A DNA stretch of 64,000 bases from a virus. The stretch is from IMG/VR virus record IMGVR_UViG_3300025519_000044, positions 27,359 to 91,358 of that record, one strand, 5' to 3'. This document shows, one piece after another, positions 29,113 to 39,474 of this stretch (its first letter is position 1; every line of letters begins with the position of its first letter). Made by a program: the position numbers and the translations under genes. The notes under the pieces are model-generated. The model had not been told where the DNA came from, made no database searches, and saw only the letters and a list, made by a program, of their open reading frames with translations.

Positions 29113-29820
29113 ATGCATAAAAGCTATTATGCAATTATTCCAGCTGATGTAAGATACGATAAAAAATTACAGCCAAATGCAAAACTTCTTTATGGAGAAA
29201 TCACAGCGCTATGTAATGAAAAGGGGTATTGCTGGGCGGGAAATGCTTACTTCTCAGATTTATATGGTGTTAGTGATAGGACCATAAGGATGTGGATAAA
29301 TTCACTTGAAGAAAGTGGATATATCAAAAGAAAAATAATTAGGAATGCAAGTAAACAAGTCGAGCAAAGAATTATTACTATCGATACAGGAAAAAATCTT
29401 CCGCACCCTCCGGAAGAAAAGTTCCTACCCTTAGGAAAAAATCTTCCGCACCCTCCGGAAGAAAAGTTCCGGAAGAATAATACATCTATTAATAATACAA
29501 ATAATATACCTTATGTTGAGATAGTCACCTATCTCAACGATGCGGCCCATAAAAATTTCCGCCCAAATACAAAAGCTACACAAAGACTTATTAAAGCAAG
29601 GTGGAATGAAGGTTTTAGGTTAAAAGATTTTCAGACTGTTATAGACAAAAAAACAGCTGAATGGCTGCATGATACGAAAATGAATCAATATCTTAGACCA
29701 GAAACATTGTTCGGAACAAAATTTGAAAGCTATCTAAATCAAGATTATGTTACTGGCGACTCAAATACTCCTACCCGCCCGAAAGAATTTGAATACGACA
29801 TCAATGCTGGTGAGGATTAA
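29113..29820 (+). CDS. Replication initiator
   Basis: YYAIIPA.VRYD N-terminus; YLRPETLFGTKFESYLN C-terminus; internal iterons. Confidence 0.9.
   Translation: MHKSYYAIIPADVRYDKKLQPNAKLLYGEITALCNEKGYCWAGNAYFSDLYGVSDRTIRMWINSLEESGYIKRKIIRNASKQVEQRIITIDTGKNLPHPPEEKFLPLGKNLPHPPEEKFRKNNTSINNTNNIPYVEIVTYLNDAAHKNFRPNTKATQRLIKARWNEGFRLKDFQTVIDKKTAEWLHDTKMNQYLRPETLFGTKFESYLNQDYVTGDSNTPTRPKEFEYDINAGED
29388..29470 (+). repeat. Origin iterons: two 38-bp direct repeats followed by an AT-rich tract
   Basis: AGGAAAAAATCTTCCGCACCCTCCGGAAGAAAAGTTCC at 29388 and 29433. Confidence 0.85.
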
Positions 29821-31055
29821 TGTTAGCCGAAAAAGCACTCTTAGGAAGCTTTTTGAAAGAAAACTATCTGATTGCGGATACGACAGTTAGACCGGAACAA
29901 TTTGAAGACGCTAGAAATCAACGTTTATTCAACATCATGAGGGATTTACATAAAGAAAACAAAAGCGTTGACATCATTTCTTTAACCACTCTAGCGGATC
30001 CTGAAACATTTGGCGGCGTGTCGTATCTGAATGAAATTGAAAGCTATGCTAACCCGGAAAAGTATGAGGAATATGAGCAACTTATAATCGAGTCCTGGAA
30101 AAATCGCGAGAAAACAAACATCCTAACGGTTGCCCGTGAAGAAAATTGGGAGATTGGAAAAGTAATATCCAGCCTGGATGCTATAAATGAACAGCAAATT
30201 GACGACTATACGCCGATAACGGACGCCCTTGTAAAAATGTTTGAAGCGCCCTGGCAAAAAGAGCAAGAAAAGAAGGGCGTAACAACCGGTCTTACCAGGC
30301 TTAATCAAATGACGAACGGTTTCCAAGACGGAGAGCTGACAATTATAGCAGCCCGGCCAAGCATGGGGAAAACGGACGTAATGCTGCATTTTGCAAAGCA
30401 GGCTGGATGGTCTGGGCGTCTGCCAATTGTCTTTTCCCTCGAGATGTCGAAGGAGCTCATAACCAATAGACTGATAGCTTCTACGGGCCGTATAAACCGT
30501 CTGAAAATGAATAATCTGTCTGCCCTATCCGAAAAGCAGAAAAATGTTTGGTCAGCTGTCATCGGTAAAGTGGCAAATACAAACATCCAGATATTTGATA
30601 AGGCTGGCCAGACAATTTCGGAGATGCGGGCAAAGACCAGGAAACTAATGCATAAGTTTCCGGACCAAAAGCCGATTGTGTTTATCGATTATTTAACACT
30701 TATTCGGCCGGAACAGTTTTATGGTGGAAATGCGCACCAGCAGGTTACGGAGATATCCAGAAACCTTAAAAACATGGCCAAAGAATTTAACATTCCGGTT
30801 ATCTGTTTAGCCCAGCTTTCCCGGGCAGTCGAAGCAAGAAATAACAAACGGCCAATGATGTCCGATATCCGAGAGTCTGGGAGCGTGGAACAGGATGCTG
30901 ATTTAATCATATTCTTGTATCGAGAAAAGTATTACAACAAAGAAATTAATGACGACACGCTCGAGATTATATTGTCGAAACAAAGAAATGGCCCTGTCGG
31001 CACAGTTTTAGCACGATACAACGAGTTTACGGGGGTGATCGAGGATGAAGGTTAG
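29820..31055 (+). CDS. DnaB-like replicative helicase
   Basis: ARPSMGKT, IDYL, QLSR, SGSVEQDAD and KQRNGP motifs. Confidence 0.95.
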   Translation: MLAEKALLGSFLKENYLIADTTVRPEQFEDARNQRLFNIMRDLHKENKSVDIISLTTLADPETFGGVSYLNEIESYANPEKYEEYEQLIIESWKNREKTNILTVAREENWEIGKVISSLDAINEQQIDDYTPITDALVKMFEAPWQKEQEKKGVTTGLTRLNQMTNGFQDGELTIIAARPSMGKTDVMLHFAKQAGWSGRLPIVFSLEMSKELITNRLIASTGRINRLKMNNLSALSEKQKNVWSAVIGKVANTNIQIFDKAGQTISEMRAKTRKLMHKFPDQKPIVFIDYLTLIRPEQFYGGNAHQQVTEISRNLKNMAKEFNIPVICLAQLSRAVEARNNKRPMMSDIRESGSVEQDADLIIFLYREKYYNKEINDDTLEIILSKQRNGPVGTVLARYNEFTGVIEDEG

Positions 31056-31482
31056 GGATGTATACCAGGATGCCATCCGTTACGAAGAACCATTTATGGC
31101 TCATTACATCCATTGCTTGCTGTCGGACGGAAAAATCAATTTGGATGACGACGCGAGTAAGATTTTCCGGGCAGAAATTGATCAGGAAAAATTCCGGCAG
31201 TCTTATGAAAAGAACATCTTGGGAGTTAACAAGGTGAAAATATACTCGCTAAAGTTAAACAAAAACCAATTTGCTTTTATTTTCGCCGAAACCAAACAGG
31301 ATGCCATGATGTTTTTTCGGTCCAAGTTTAACCGTGATCCGGTAAATTGTTATGAATATGATATTGATTTTGGCCTTTTGCGCGGGAAAGAATACGTGAC
31401 ATTCCGGAGCCTACGCAAAGAGCACAATAAATTCCCATCCCTGGCGTTTATTTATGAAAGGAATATGGCCTATGGAATTTAA
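31045..31482 (+). CDS. Hypothetical protein
   Basis: GGGGGTG RBS; overlaps helicase end. Confidence 0.65.
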   Translation: MKVRDVYQDAIRYEEPFMAHYIHCLLSDGKINLDDDASKIFRAEIDQEKFRQSYEKNILGVNKVKIYSLKLNKNQFAFIFAETKQDAMMFFRSKFNRDPVNCYEYDIDFGLLRGKEYVTFRSLRKEHNKFPSLAFIYERNMAYGI

Positions 31483-31978
31483 ATACAGGCCATATCCAAA
31501 AGAGCGACAGCTTGGGAAAAAGCCGCGGAAAGGACGCAAAAAGAAAGGCGAAACAATAAAGGGCCGGCGGGTCCCGATGGCGTCGGTGCGCGGGAAAATC
31601 ACAAAGGAACAGTATAACCAGGCTTTACAAAAACACGGTGCATTTTGTTTTGTATGCGGGACGACCGAAAACCTGGAAGCGCACCATGTACGCTTTAAAT
31701 CTGCCGGCGGCCGCGGGAGATGGCGAAACATACGGTTTTTGTGCGCGGAGCATCACCGCGGGAAATACAGCCCGCACCAAAATGAGCAGCTGCGAAAAGA
31801 GTTGGAAAAACTGCACGAAAAGCTATATGGCCCATGGTTTTGGGCAGACAAATATGATCTATTCAAAGCCGGCCTGATCCCGAATACAACGGATGAAGAA
31901 TTTGAAAAATTTATGGAGGGAGAAGAGAAACATGATGAACAGAACAATTTTAGTGGGAAGATTAACAGCCGATCCTGA
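31472..31978 (+). CDS. HNH endonuclease
   Basis: C..C..HH..N..LC..HH pattern. Confidence 0.8.
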   Translation: MEFKYRPYPKERQLGKKPRKGRKKKGETIKGRRVPMASVRGKITKEQYNQALQKHGAFCFVCGTTENLEAHHVRFKSAGGRGRWRNIRFLCAEHHRGKYSPHQNEQLRKELEKLHEKLYGPWFWADKYDLFKAGLIPNTTDEEFEKFMEGEEKHDEQNNFSGKINSRS

Positions 31979-32354
31979 ACTTAAATATACGCAAAACGGG
32001 GTGGCAGTTGTGAATTTTACCTTGGCTGTTAACCGGCCATTTAAAAACAACGGCGAGCAACAAGCAGATTTTATAAATGTTGTCGCCTGGCGGAAAACGG
32101 CGGAAAACGTCGCAAACTATTTAAATAAGGGATCGCTTGCAGGCGTGGACGGCCGCATCCAAACGCGAAACTATGAAGGCCAGGATGGGCGACGGGTGTA
32201 TGTGACGGAAGTTGTTGCCGACCAGGTTTCATTCTTAGAGCCAAAACAGCAGGAGCAAAAGAAGAAAGAACCACGGTACACGTCGGACCCGTCGGATCCA
32301 TTTCAGCCCGGAAGTGAGACGATAGATATTAATGAGGAGGATCTGCCATTCTGA
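31932..32354 (+). CDS. ssb: Single-stranded DNA-binding protein
   Basis: [16 protein letters not shown] and C-terminal DLPF. Confidence 0.95.
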   Translation: MMNRTILVGRLTADPELKYTQNGVAVVNFTLAVNRPFKNNGEQQADFINVVAWRKTAENVANYLNKGSLAGVDGRIQTRNYEGQDGRRVYVTEVVADQVSFLEPKQQEQKKKEPRYTSDPSDPFQPGSETIDINEEDLPF

Positions 32355-32488
32355 TGATGGATAGGGAAATGATGTGTTTTCAAATTGAGATGTTGACTAA
32401 TTACAACCGCGAGTATTTAGAAAACTTATCGGATGAAGAATTGGAAGAATTGTATCGGGAGAAGGTAGAACAGGTTGACAAAGTATAA
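32354..32488 (+). CDS. 44-aa hypothetical protein
   Basis: GAGGAGG upstream; LSDEELEELY; coupled to ssb stop. Confidence 0.5.
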   Translation: MMDREMMCFQIEMLTNYNREYLENLSDEELEELYREKVEQVDKV

Positions 32489-32879
32489 TGCCCGCAGGAC
32501 GTCCGTAGATGGGGTAAATTTCGATTCTAAATTAGAAGCCGACTATTTTATCATGCTGGAAGAAAAACGCCGTACAGGGCAAATACGGGCGTTTGAAAGG
32601 CAACCGGTATTTTTGCTGCAAGATAGCTTCAGGAAGAATGGCAAGACTTTCAGAAAGATAGAGTACCGGGCGGATTTTAAGATTATCCACAATGACGGGA
32701 CAATTGAAATCGTGGACGTAAAAGGCTATGAAACGCCGGAATTTAGGCTAAAACGAAAGTTATTTGAAAAGCGTTATCCATACACATTAACCGTTGTAAA
32801 GTATGTAAAAAAATACGGCGGATGGATCACAATGGATGAATATAAAAAGAGAAAGCGAGATGAAAAACGTGGCAAGTGA
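32475..32879 (+). CDS. DUF1064 family PD-(D/E)xK nuclease
   Basis: FDSK.EA, Y.ADF and DVKG motifs. Confidence 0.85.
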   Translation: MTKYNARRTSVDGVNFDSKLEADYFIMLEEKRRTGQIRAFERQPVFLLQDSFRKNGKTFRKIEYRADFKIIHNDGTIEIVDVKGYETPEFRLKRKLFEKRYPYTLTVVKYVKKYGGWITMDEYKKRKRDEKRGK

Positions 32880-33120
32880 TATCGAAATTTTAGGGCAGGA
32901 AAACGATACATTTACTTGTCCGGACTGTGGGAATAACGCATTTCATCTGAACGGAATTTTTACGAATAACGCATTTAAACATTTGAAGGTGTTAACAGTT
33001 GTTAATTGTGAAAGCTGCGGTACAAAATACGGAAATATGCAAAGCTTTGGGAAGGGATCGTACATCCTGGAGCCAGTGCGGATCCGATTTATTAATAACG
33101 ATTGGACGAAGATTTTATGA
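32860..33120 (+). CDS. Zn-ribbon hypothetical protein
   Basis: CPDCG and CESCG. Confidence 0.55.
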   Translation: MKNVASDIEILGQENDTFTCPDCGNNAFHLNGIFTNNAFKHLKVLTVVNCESCGTKYGNMQSFGKGSYILEPVRIRFINNDWTKIL

Positions 33121-33527
33121 ACCGCGCTGAAAAACTTGCGCAGCTTTACAAGAAGGCGAATGCACTAAATGAGGAACTACCAAAAGAATTAATGGACAAG
33201 CTTTCCATCTACGGACAGGTGCTGGAGATCATCGGCGGTCTTCACGCCGAATCCGTGAAAGCCTGGAAACTGGCAGAAGCCAAAAGGCGGGAAACAATCG
33301 CAAGCGCCATTGTTTACGGTGCTGAACTTGATGGTGTGACGTACAAAACAGCAAAAGAAAAGGAAGCGGCCGCGGAGGTGATCGGTGCAGAAGCAAGACG
33401 AAATGAAGCACTGGCGGAAGCAGAAGCGCAAAGATGGAGAAATGCTATGATCGCAGTCCAAGAAACCATTCAAATACTTAAGAAAAAATACGAGCATCTT
33501 ACCAATGTAGCAAAAGGAGGAATATAA
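33117..33527 (+). CDS. Hypothetical helical protein
   Basis: ORF coupled to neighbours. Confidence 0.65.
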   Translation: MNRAEKLAQLYKKANALNEELPKELMDKLSIYGQVLEIIGGLHAESVKAWKLAEAKRRETIASAIVYGAELDGVTYKTAKEKEAAAEVIGAEARRNEALAEAEAQRWRNAMIAVQETIQILKKKYEHLTNVAKGGI

Positions 33528-33531
33528 AAGG

Positions 33532-33714
33532 GTGGCATTTAATGAAATTGAACAGCGTAAAGACGAACTGAAAGAAAAATTGCTTGCACTCGGCTATTTT
33601 AAAACGGCTGATGGTAAGCAGCTGTATGAGCTATCTTTAAGCGAATTGGAAAAAGCGTACAAAACTATAAAAAGAGGTGATGCCTTTGAACAACAAAGTA
33701 ATTTTGGCAGATGA
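33532..33714 (+). CDS. FbpA-like small protein
   Basis: G.QLYELSLSELE..Y motif; AAGGAGG RBS. Confidence 0.7.
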   Translation: MAFNEIEQRKDELKEKLLALGYFKTADGKQLYELSLSELEKAYKTIKRGDAFEQQSNFGR

Positions 33715-33857
33715 TCGCAAGCCGTGGATGATAAAGGAAGATAGGGAAATGGTGTGCTTGACACACTGTTCCCTTTACAAAATATGTTCTAGCCGGCACG
33801 GGATGGATTGCAAGCGAATGGGCGGAACCGAAATACCGAAAGTGAGGGCTAAATAAT

Positions 33858-34073
33858 ATGTACCCGGTAACGTTACACAGACGGACTAAAAAAGAAATAC
33901 AGCAAGCTGTGGAGGACTTGCAGAAACGCGGATATGAACTGATTTCCCCTATTACGAACACGGGCGAATGGCGGAAGGATTTTGAATACACGGCGGATGG
34001 AAAAAGAAGATTTGCCGGCGTAAAGATGGTTAACCAATGGACAGCAAAAATGATGAAGGCGGTGAAAAAATGA
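33858..34073 (+). CDS. Hypothetical protein
   Basis: GAGGG RBS. Confidence 0.55.
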   Translation: MYPVTLHRRTKKEIQQAVEDLQKRGYELISPITNTGEWRKDFEYTADGKRRFAGVKMVNQWTAKMMKAVKK

Positions 34074-34465
34074 ACGCAATCTATACATGGCGAACAATAA
34101 AAGTTTTGGAGAAAGGATATGATATGAAAATTAGCGAATTAAACTATTTACTTAGAAGAGGAGTAGAAGAAAAGGACATTGCCAAATCATTAGACATGGA
34201 TCCTAAAAGCAAGGAATTCAAAAAACTAATTTACAACGCTAGGCACATGGGCAAACACTCCGAAAAAAGCAAAGTAAATATAACAATGGAAGAATATATA
34301 AATTTGCGAAAAAAAGGATTACAAGTACGAGAAATCGCGAGAATTAAAAATATTAAACTTAGAACCCTTCAATATTGGAAAAGTCGCCATGGCATACGGG
34401 ACAAGGATTTAATTAAACAAGGCATCCTGCCGAAAACGTGCCTTACACGAGGTGCAAAAAAATGA
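34070..34465 (+). CDS. HTH-containing hypothetical protein
   Basis: REIARIKNIKLRTLQYWK. Confidence 0.55.
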   Translation: MNAIYTWRTIKVLEKGYDMKISELNYLLRRGVEEKDIAKSLDMDPKSKEFKKLIYNARHMGKHSEKSKVNITMEEYINLRKKGLQVREIARIKNIKLRTLQYWKSRHGIRDKDLIKQGILPKTCLTRGAKK

Positions 34466-34601
34466 AGACACGCAAAAAAGGCGATAAATATCGTCCTGTC
34501 GTTACTGTGCTTAAGGTAAAGCGCGGACTGCCGACAAAAATTATGGTAAGCGGCCAAGAGTACGCGCTTATTCACAAAAATCAGTATAGGGGAGCGAGAA
34601 A

Positions 34602-34880
34602 ATGGCAAGGTTAGCAAGTTCAGATATCGCAGAAAAAATAATGATTATGATTGCTAGGAATCTAAATGCCCGTATTTCAAAAGGATGTGAAACATATGGG
34701 CAGACGCTGGATGACTGCCCGGATGATGCTTACGATTGGCAGCAAATGCTTATCGAAGAATTGCTGGACGGCCTGCAATATATGGCGAAAGAAAATGCCA
34801 TACTGCGTAAAAAATTGTCGGCAGAGATAAGGGAAAATTTAAAATTAAAAAGATTGTTGAGGAGGGAAATGAAGGAATGA
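34602..34880 (+). CDS. Hypothetical, MazG-like helical motif
   Basis: KG..TYG..DW..EELLD..Y; next to dUTPase. Confidence 0.55.
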   Translation: MARLASSDIAEKIMIMIARNLNARISKGCETYGQTLDDCPDDAYDWQQMLIEELLDGLQYMAKENAILRKKLSAEIRENLKLKRLLRREMKE

Positions 34881-35383
34881 GTATCAAAATTAAACGATTG
34901 CATCCGGATGCAGTGATTCCGAAATATGCACATGCTGGCGATTCAGGCTTTGACCTTGTCGCTGTGGAAGATGTCACTATCAAGCCAGGTGAAACGGTAC
35001 TCGTAAAAACAGGCCTTGCATTTGAAATACCAGCAGGATATGAATTACAGGTGCGGCCACGGTCAGGCATCACGTTAAAAACAAAATTGCGTGTGCAACT
35101 GGGCACCGTCGATGCAGGATATCGCGGAGAGGTTGGCGTGATTGTCGATAATATTGCCGAGGATCCGTTCGAAAATGTTGTGCCATATCTCTCGCATATT
35201 GACGGGAACGATTATCGGACGGACGGCGAAATCTATCCGAATGAAACGTACATCATCCGCAAAGGCGACAGAATTGCGCAAGGTGTTATTGCTCCGGTTG
35301 CTAAAATGGATTTCAAAGAAGTAGACAAATTAAGCGATACAGAGCGAAGTAACAAAGGCTTTGGAAGTACAGGGGTAGATTGA
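34877..35383 (+). CDS. dut: dUTPase
   Basis: GFDL, RPRSG, GTVD.GYRGE, RIAQ and GFGSTG motifs. Confidence 0.95.
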   Translation: MSIKIKRLHPDAVIPKYAHAGDSGFDLVAVEDVTIKPGETVLVKTGLAFEIPAGYELQVRPRSGITLKTKLRVQLGTVDAGYRGEVGVIVDNIAEDPFENVVPYLSHIDGNDYRTDGEIYPNETYIIRKGDRIAQGVIAPVAKMDFKEVDKLSDTERSNKGFGSTGVD

Positions 35384-35461
35384 AACAAAAAAAGACCAGG
35401 CTTTCCCTAGTCCGTAAAATATTTGTTCAGCTACCTATATTTTACACTGGGAGGGCTTGGA

Positions 35462-35905
35462 ATGGTAGACCAATTATCGTTGTTGATTCCCGAAATAGAT
35501 AGAGATGCCACACAAAAAAACGTCGAAAAAGCCATTGCAAAATATAGATATTACTCACTTCAAACAGAAGATGAGTTTTTGCCAAAGATAACAGCCAGTT
35601 ATTCCATGATTCCGCCGACAAACACAAATGCTTTTCACTCGTCCACAGAGGACTCAGCAATCCGTATGGCGGACTTTGAACGTGAGAGGATGGAATACAT
35701 TACCCGGTTTGCGAAGGCGGTAAATAGGCTTTCTCCGCGCGAGAGAGAGGCATTTATTCTAAAGTACATGGGAGATGAAGAACTTTATGATTATGAAGTA
35801 TACAACAAGCTAGGAATGGGAGAAACCTATTACTATACAAAGTTTAAGCCACGAATGTTTTATAAGTTTGCTATCGCAATGCGAATTGAAGTTTATAAAA
35901 AATAG
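35462..35905 (+). CDS. ArpU-family late transcriptional activator
   Basis: PKITASYS..P..FHS.TED motif; position before packaging genes. Confidence 0.88.
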   Translation: MVDQLSLLIPEIDRDATQKNVEKAIAKYRYYSLQTEDEFLPKITASYSMIPPTNTNAFHSSTEDSAIRMADFERERMEYITRFAKAVNRLSPREREAFILKYMGDEELYDYEVYNKLGMGETYYYTKFKPRMFYKFAIAMRIEVYKK

Positions 35906-35956
35906 GCGAGAAGAGTATACAGGCGGGTTTTTCATTATTTAAGGAGGGAGCGTTCT

Positions 35957-36259
35957 ATGACTAGAATATACGTTCGAGAGCATATAGGTAGGAGTGGTCT
36001 TTCAAAAAGAAATGGAGACATATTATACAAAGTAATAATGGATCATATTAAGGAAAATCAAAAAATTGTACTCGACTTTGCCGGAGTTGACGCATTTGCT
36101 TCTTTATTCTTTAATGCCTCTATTGGAAGATTGTTGAAAGATTATTATCTTGAAGAACTACATGAGAGGCTTGATTTTGTAAATTTGACACCTGTAGGAC
36201 AGAATACTTTAAGAAGAACAATAAAAAATTCGGCAGAGTATTTCGCAAAGACAAAATAA
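35957..36259 (+). CDS. Stand-alone STAS-like (DUF4325) protein
   Basis: LDFAGV....FFNASIG.L motif; AAGGAGG RBS. Confidence 0.75.
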   Translation: MTRIYVREHIGRSGLSKRNGDILYKVIMDHIKENQKIVLDFAGVDAFASLFFNASIGRLLKDYYLEELHERLDFVNLTPVGQNTLRRTIKNSAEYFAKTK

Positions 36260-36589
36260 AGAAAACGCGAATGATTTATAAAGAAACTGTGATGATCATT
36301 CGTCTTTTAACCTGATATTATTGTAGTATCGAAAGAATTAAAAATGCTGCGGAAACAGCATTTGGTGGTTCTGCCTCAAGCGTCTATCCATATGGATGGG
36401 CGCTTTTAATATACAAACGAGCGGTGGATGGGATATGAAACTAAATGAACGGTTATCAAACGAACAGCGTAAGAAGTTTCGTGCACATATGAGAGATAGC
36501 AAACCTCCATCAAGTATGCACGAATGGGAAGAATTAATGGGCATACATCGGGACATATACGAACGCAGGAGGGGAGCTATTAGAAGGAA

Positions 36590-36784
36590 ATGATGGACAT
36601 TCCAAGCGCGAGAATCAGGCCAAATCTACATGGCACAAAGGAAACGGATCATAAACCATTATCTGAAATGCATGTAACGGTTGACATTGACAGTAGCAAG
36701 CTGACACAAAAGCTTGATGCAATTGCTCGGCATGCAAAGGCACTGGCGGATGAGCTAAAGGATATTGATGCTGTGGATGATTAG
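36590..36784 (+). CDS. Hypothetical protein
   Basis: KL.AIA.H..ALADEL motif seen in Bacillus phage ORFs. Confidence 0.55.
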   Translation: MMDIPSARIRPNLHGTKETDHKPLSEMHVTVDIDSSKLTQKLDAIARHAKALADELKDIDAVDD

Positions 36785-37097
36785 GTACACTGACGAATCA
36801 GCCAAACAATTCTACGCATCATCAGCGTGGAGACGGTGCAGGAAGGCTGTGCTCATCCGGGACCATTATCTGTGTCAGGAGTGCTTGAGACGTGGCATCA
36901 TCACGCAGGCAAACATCGTGCACCATATTGAAGCGCTCAAGGATGCACCGGAAAAGGCGCTTGACATGGACAATCTGGAAACGATTTGTCCGGCATGCCA
37001 CAACAAAGAGCACCCGGAAAAGCCAGGCGGTGAGAAAAAACCGAAGCGGCGAAAAGATATTTTCAAATTTTACGCAAACAACGAGGTGATTGGGTAG
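36765..37097 (+). CDS. Packaging-associated HNH endonuclease
   Basis: FY.S.AW, RD.YLCQ.C, VHHI and C..CHN.EH; just before small terminase. Confidence 0.9.
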   Translation: MMLWMIRYTDESAKQFYASSAWRRCRKAVLIRDHYLCQECLRRGIITQANIVHHIEALKDAPEKALDMDNLETICPACHNKEHPEKPGGEKKPKRRKDIFKFYANNEVIG

Positions 37098-37237
37098 CCC
37101 CCCTGCCTCCAAAATCGAAAAGCCCGTCGTCATATAAACGGTGCGCACCTACCTTCACAATATTGCCGCCGATCAATATTTTTTAGCCGGCCAGTTCAGC
37201 CAAAATTTTCAAAAAGTTTACGAAGGGTGGTGATAAT

Positions 37238-37693
37238 ATGCCGACGCCAGCAAAAAATGCACGCTTGCAATTGCTCCAGGGCAACCCAGCAAAGAAAAAC
37301 ACCAATGAGCTAAAACGGCGGGCAGAAAAAGAAGAAAAAATGAAAATGAGCGCCGCGCATGTGAACCCGCCGTCGTGGCTTGATGAAACAGCTAAAAAGG
37401 AATTTAAACGTTTGGCAAAATTATTGTTGAGTGTTGAGCTGATCAATGAGGCCGACATCGGGCATCTCGCCATGTACTGTGATGCCTATTCACAATATTT
37501 AACGTTTAAAAAACAAATTAAAGAGAACGGGCTATGGGTTGGCGACAGGCCAAACCCTTTTATTTTGCGCATGAAAGATGCAGCAATGCAAATGCGATCT
37601 TTCGGATCTGATTTAGGGCTTTCCCCGGCTTCAAGAGCAAGATTAGCCATTAATCTAAGCAAAGATGAGGAAGATGACGACGACGATTTCTAA
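37238..37693 (+). CDS. Terminase small subunit (P27 family)
   Basis: PPSWL..A..E, YC.AY and LGLSPASR motifs. Confidence 0.92.
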   Translation: MPTPAKNARLQLLQGNPAKKNTNELKRRAEKEEKMKMSAAHVNPPSWLDETAKKEFKRLAKLLLSVELINEADIGHLAMYCDAYSQYLTFKKQIKENGLWVGDRPNPFILRMKDAAMQMRSFGSDLGLSPASRARLAINLSKDEEDDDDDF

Positions 37694-39470
37694 GCCTTTG
37701 CTGGAAATGAACTATTCCGAGCTTGAAGAATGGTGGGAAGGCTATCTTGCGGAGCAAAAAAGCTGGGGAGGCATTCTCGAGCAACCCTATCCGGAACTTT
37801 TAACAACATGGTACGCAGAAAGGCTTGTTGACGGATCAATTCCAGCTAGCAAAGAGAATATTCTGGCGGCAAAGCGGCATCTGCGAGATTTGGAGCGCCA
37901 GGGAACGGATGATTTTCCGTGGGTCTTTGATGAGAAAAAGGCGCATCGTCCGATTAGATTTATCGAGCAGAAATGTAAACCGTCAAAAGGCGACTTTGAT
38001 CGGTTGGTCCTTCAACCATGGCAACATTTTGTCATCGGCAATCTGTTCGGATGGGTGCATAAAGATACCGGGATCCGACGTTTCCGTGAAGGCCTGGTAT
38101 TTGTTGGCCGGAAAAACGGGAAAACAACGCTTATTTCCGGTTTATCGAATTATATGCTGGGCTTTGACGGCGAAAATGGTGCCCGTATTTATGTTTTGGC
38201 AAACGCCGAGCAGCAGGCGCATGAATTGTTTGACGAAGCGAAAGCGATGGTTGAAAAATCGCCTTATTTATCTAAACGATACAAGCCGCAGCGGTCCGTA
38301 ATCAAATATGACAAGACCTATTCGAAGATTGAAGCCAGGGCATCCGACAGTAAACGTCTTGACGGATTGAATACGCACTTAGGCATATTTGATGAAATAC
38401 ACGAGTTTAAGGATTTTAAGCTGATCAACGTTATTAAAAAATCAAGGGGCGCCCGTAAACAGCCATTAATCATATACATTACAACGGCTGGATATGTACT
38501 AGATGGCCCATTGATGAGCTATTACGATTCAGCGCATGAATGCTTAGAAAGCTTGGATGAAAATTTGGACGAAAGGACATTTTACTTTATCGCCAAATTG
38601 GACAAGACGGAAGAAGCTGATCACCCGGAACTTTGGATCAAGGCAAACCCGAACATTGGATTGATGGACTTTGTGAACCTCGTTTCCGACTGGAAAAAGG
38701 ACAGGAAAAGCCCACAAGAAAAGGCCGACTGGATGACAAAACAATTTAACATCTTTAGCGATGTTGACGAGCTGTCATTTGTTGATGTTGCTACGATAAA
38801 TAAGAACAACCGCGTGATTGATGTCGATACATTGAAAGGCCGCGTCTGCTTTGGCGGATACGACTTATCAGAAACGGAAGACTTCACAGCGGCTGTGCTT
38901 GAATTTCCATTGGATGACGGCAGCATATTTATTATGCATCATAGCTGGATACCGCAAGCCCGATATGATCGCGACAACAACCAGCCGCGATTGAGAGAAT
39001 GGGAGACAGCCGGAGATTTGACCATTGTGCCAGGTGATTACGTGAAATATGAATATGTATTTGATTGGTTTGTCGAGAAATCTCAAATCTATAAGATTAA
39101 AAAAATCGGATATGACAAGGCAAAGGCCTTATTTTTAAACAAGGCCCTAGAAGATTACGGTTTTGATACCGAAAAAGTTATCCAGGGATTTACAACACTC
39201 GGCGGGCCATTGCAAAACTTCAAGGAATTAATGCTTGATGGTAAAGTTATTTTCAACAATAGCAAGATTTATAGATGGTACTTGAACAATGTGCGGCTTG
39301 TAGAGGACAGGAACAAAAACTGGATCCCTACAAAGCAGTCGAAAAACCGAAAAATTGATGGTTTTGCGGCCACTTTGAACGCCCACACGTTTGCTATTCC
39401 AATGCTGATTAAGCCGGCAGGACCTGCGAAGGTTTCATTCTTCAGCGTTAGCGATCTCAAAAAGCTGTAA
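37665..39470 (+). CDS. Terminase large subunit
   Basis: GRKNGKT, DEIH, ITTAG and KIDG motifs. Confidence 0.95.
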   Translation: MRKMTTTISKPLLEMNYSELEEWWEGYLAEQKSWGGILEQPYPELLTTWYAERLVDGSIPASKENILAAKRHLRDLERQGTDDFPWVFDEKKAHRPIRFIEQKCKPSKGDFDRLVLQPWQHFVIGNLFGWVHKDTGIRRFREGLVFVGRKNGKTTLISGLSNYMLGFDGENGARIYVLANAEQQAHELFDEAKAMVEKSPYLSKRYKPQRSVIKYDKTYSKIEARASDSKRLDGLNTHLGIFDEIHEFKDFKLINVIKKSRGARKQPLIIYITTAGYVLDGPLMSYYDSAHECLESLDENLDERTFYFIAKLDKTEEADHPELWIKANPNIGLMDFVNLVSDWKKDRKSPQEKADWMTKQFNIFSDVDELSFVDVATINKNNRVIDVDTLKGRVCFGGYDLSETEDFTAAVLEFPLDDGSIFIMHHSWIPQARYDRDNNQPRLREWETAGDLTIVPGDYVKYEYVFDWFVEKSQIYKIKKIGYDKAKALFLNKALEDYGFDTEKVIQGFTTLGGPLQNFKELMLDGKVIFNNSKIYRWYLNNVRLVEDRNKNWIPTKQSKNRKIDGFAATLNAHTFAIPMLIKPAGPAKVSFFSVSDLKKL

Positions 39471-39474
39471 GGGG

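Noticed and set aside
29388-29470. CRISPR-like direct repeats
   Set aside because: In-frame repeats 7 bp apart inside the initiator gene; typical origin iterons.
37097-37180. cos site
   Set aside because: Position between HNH and small terminase fits, but the exact cohesive end cannot be determined from sequence alone.
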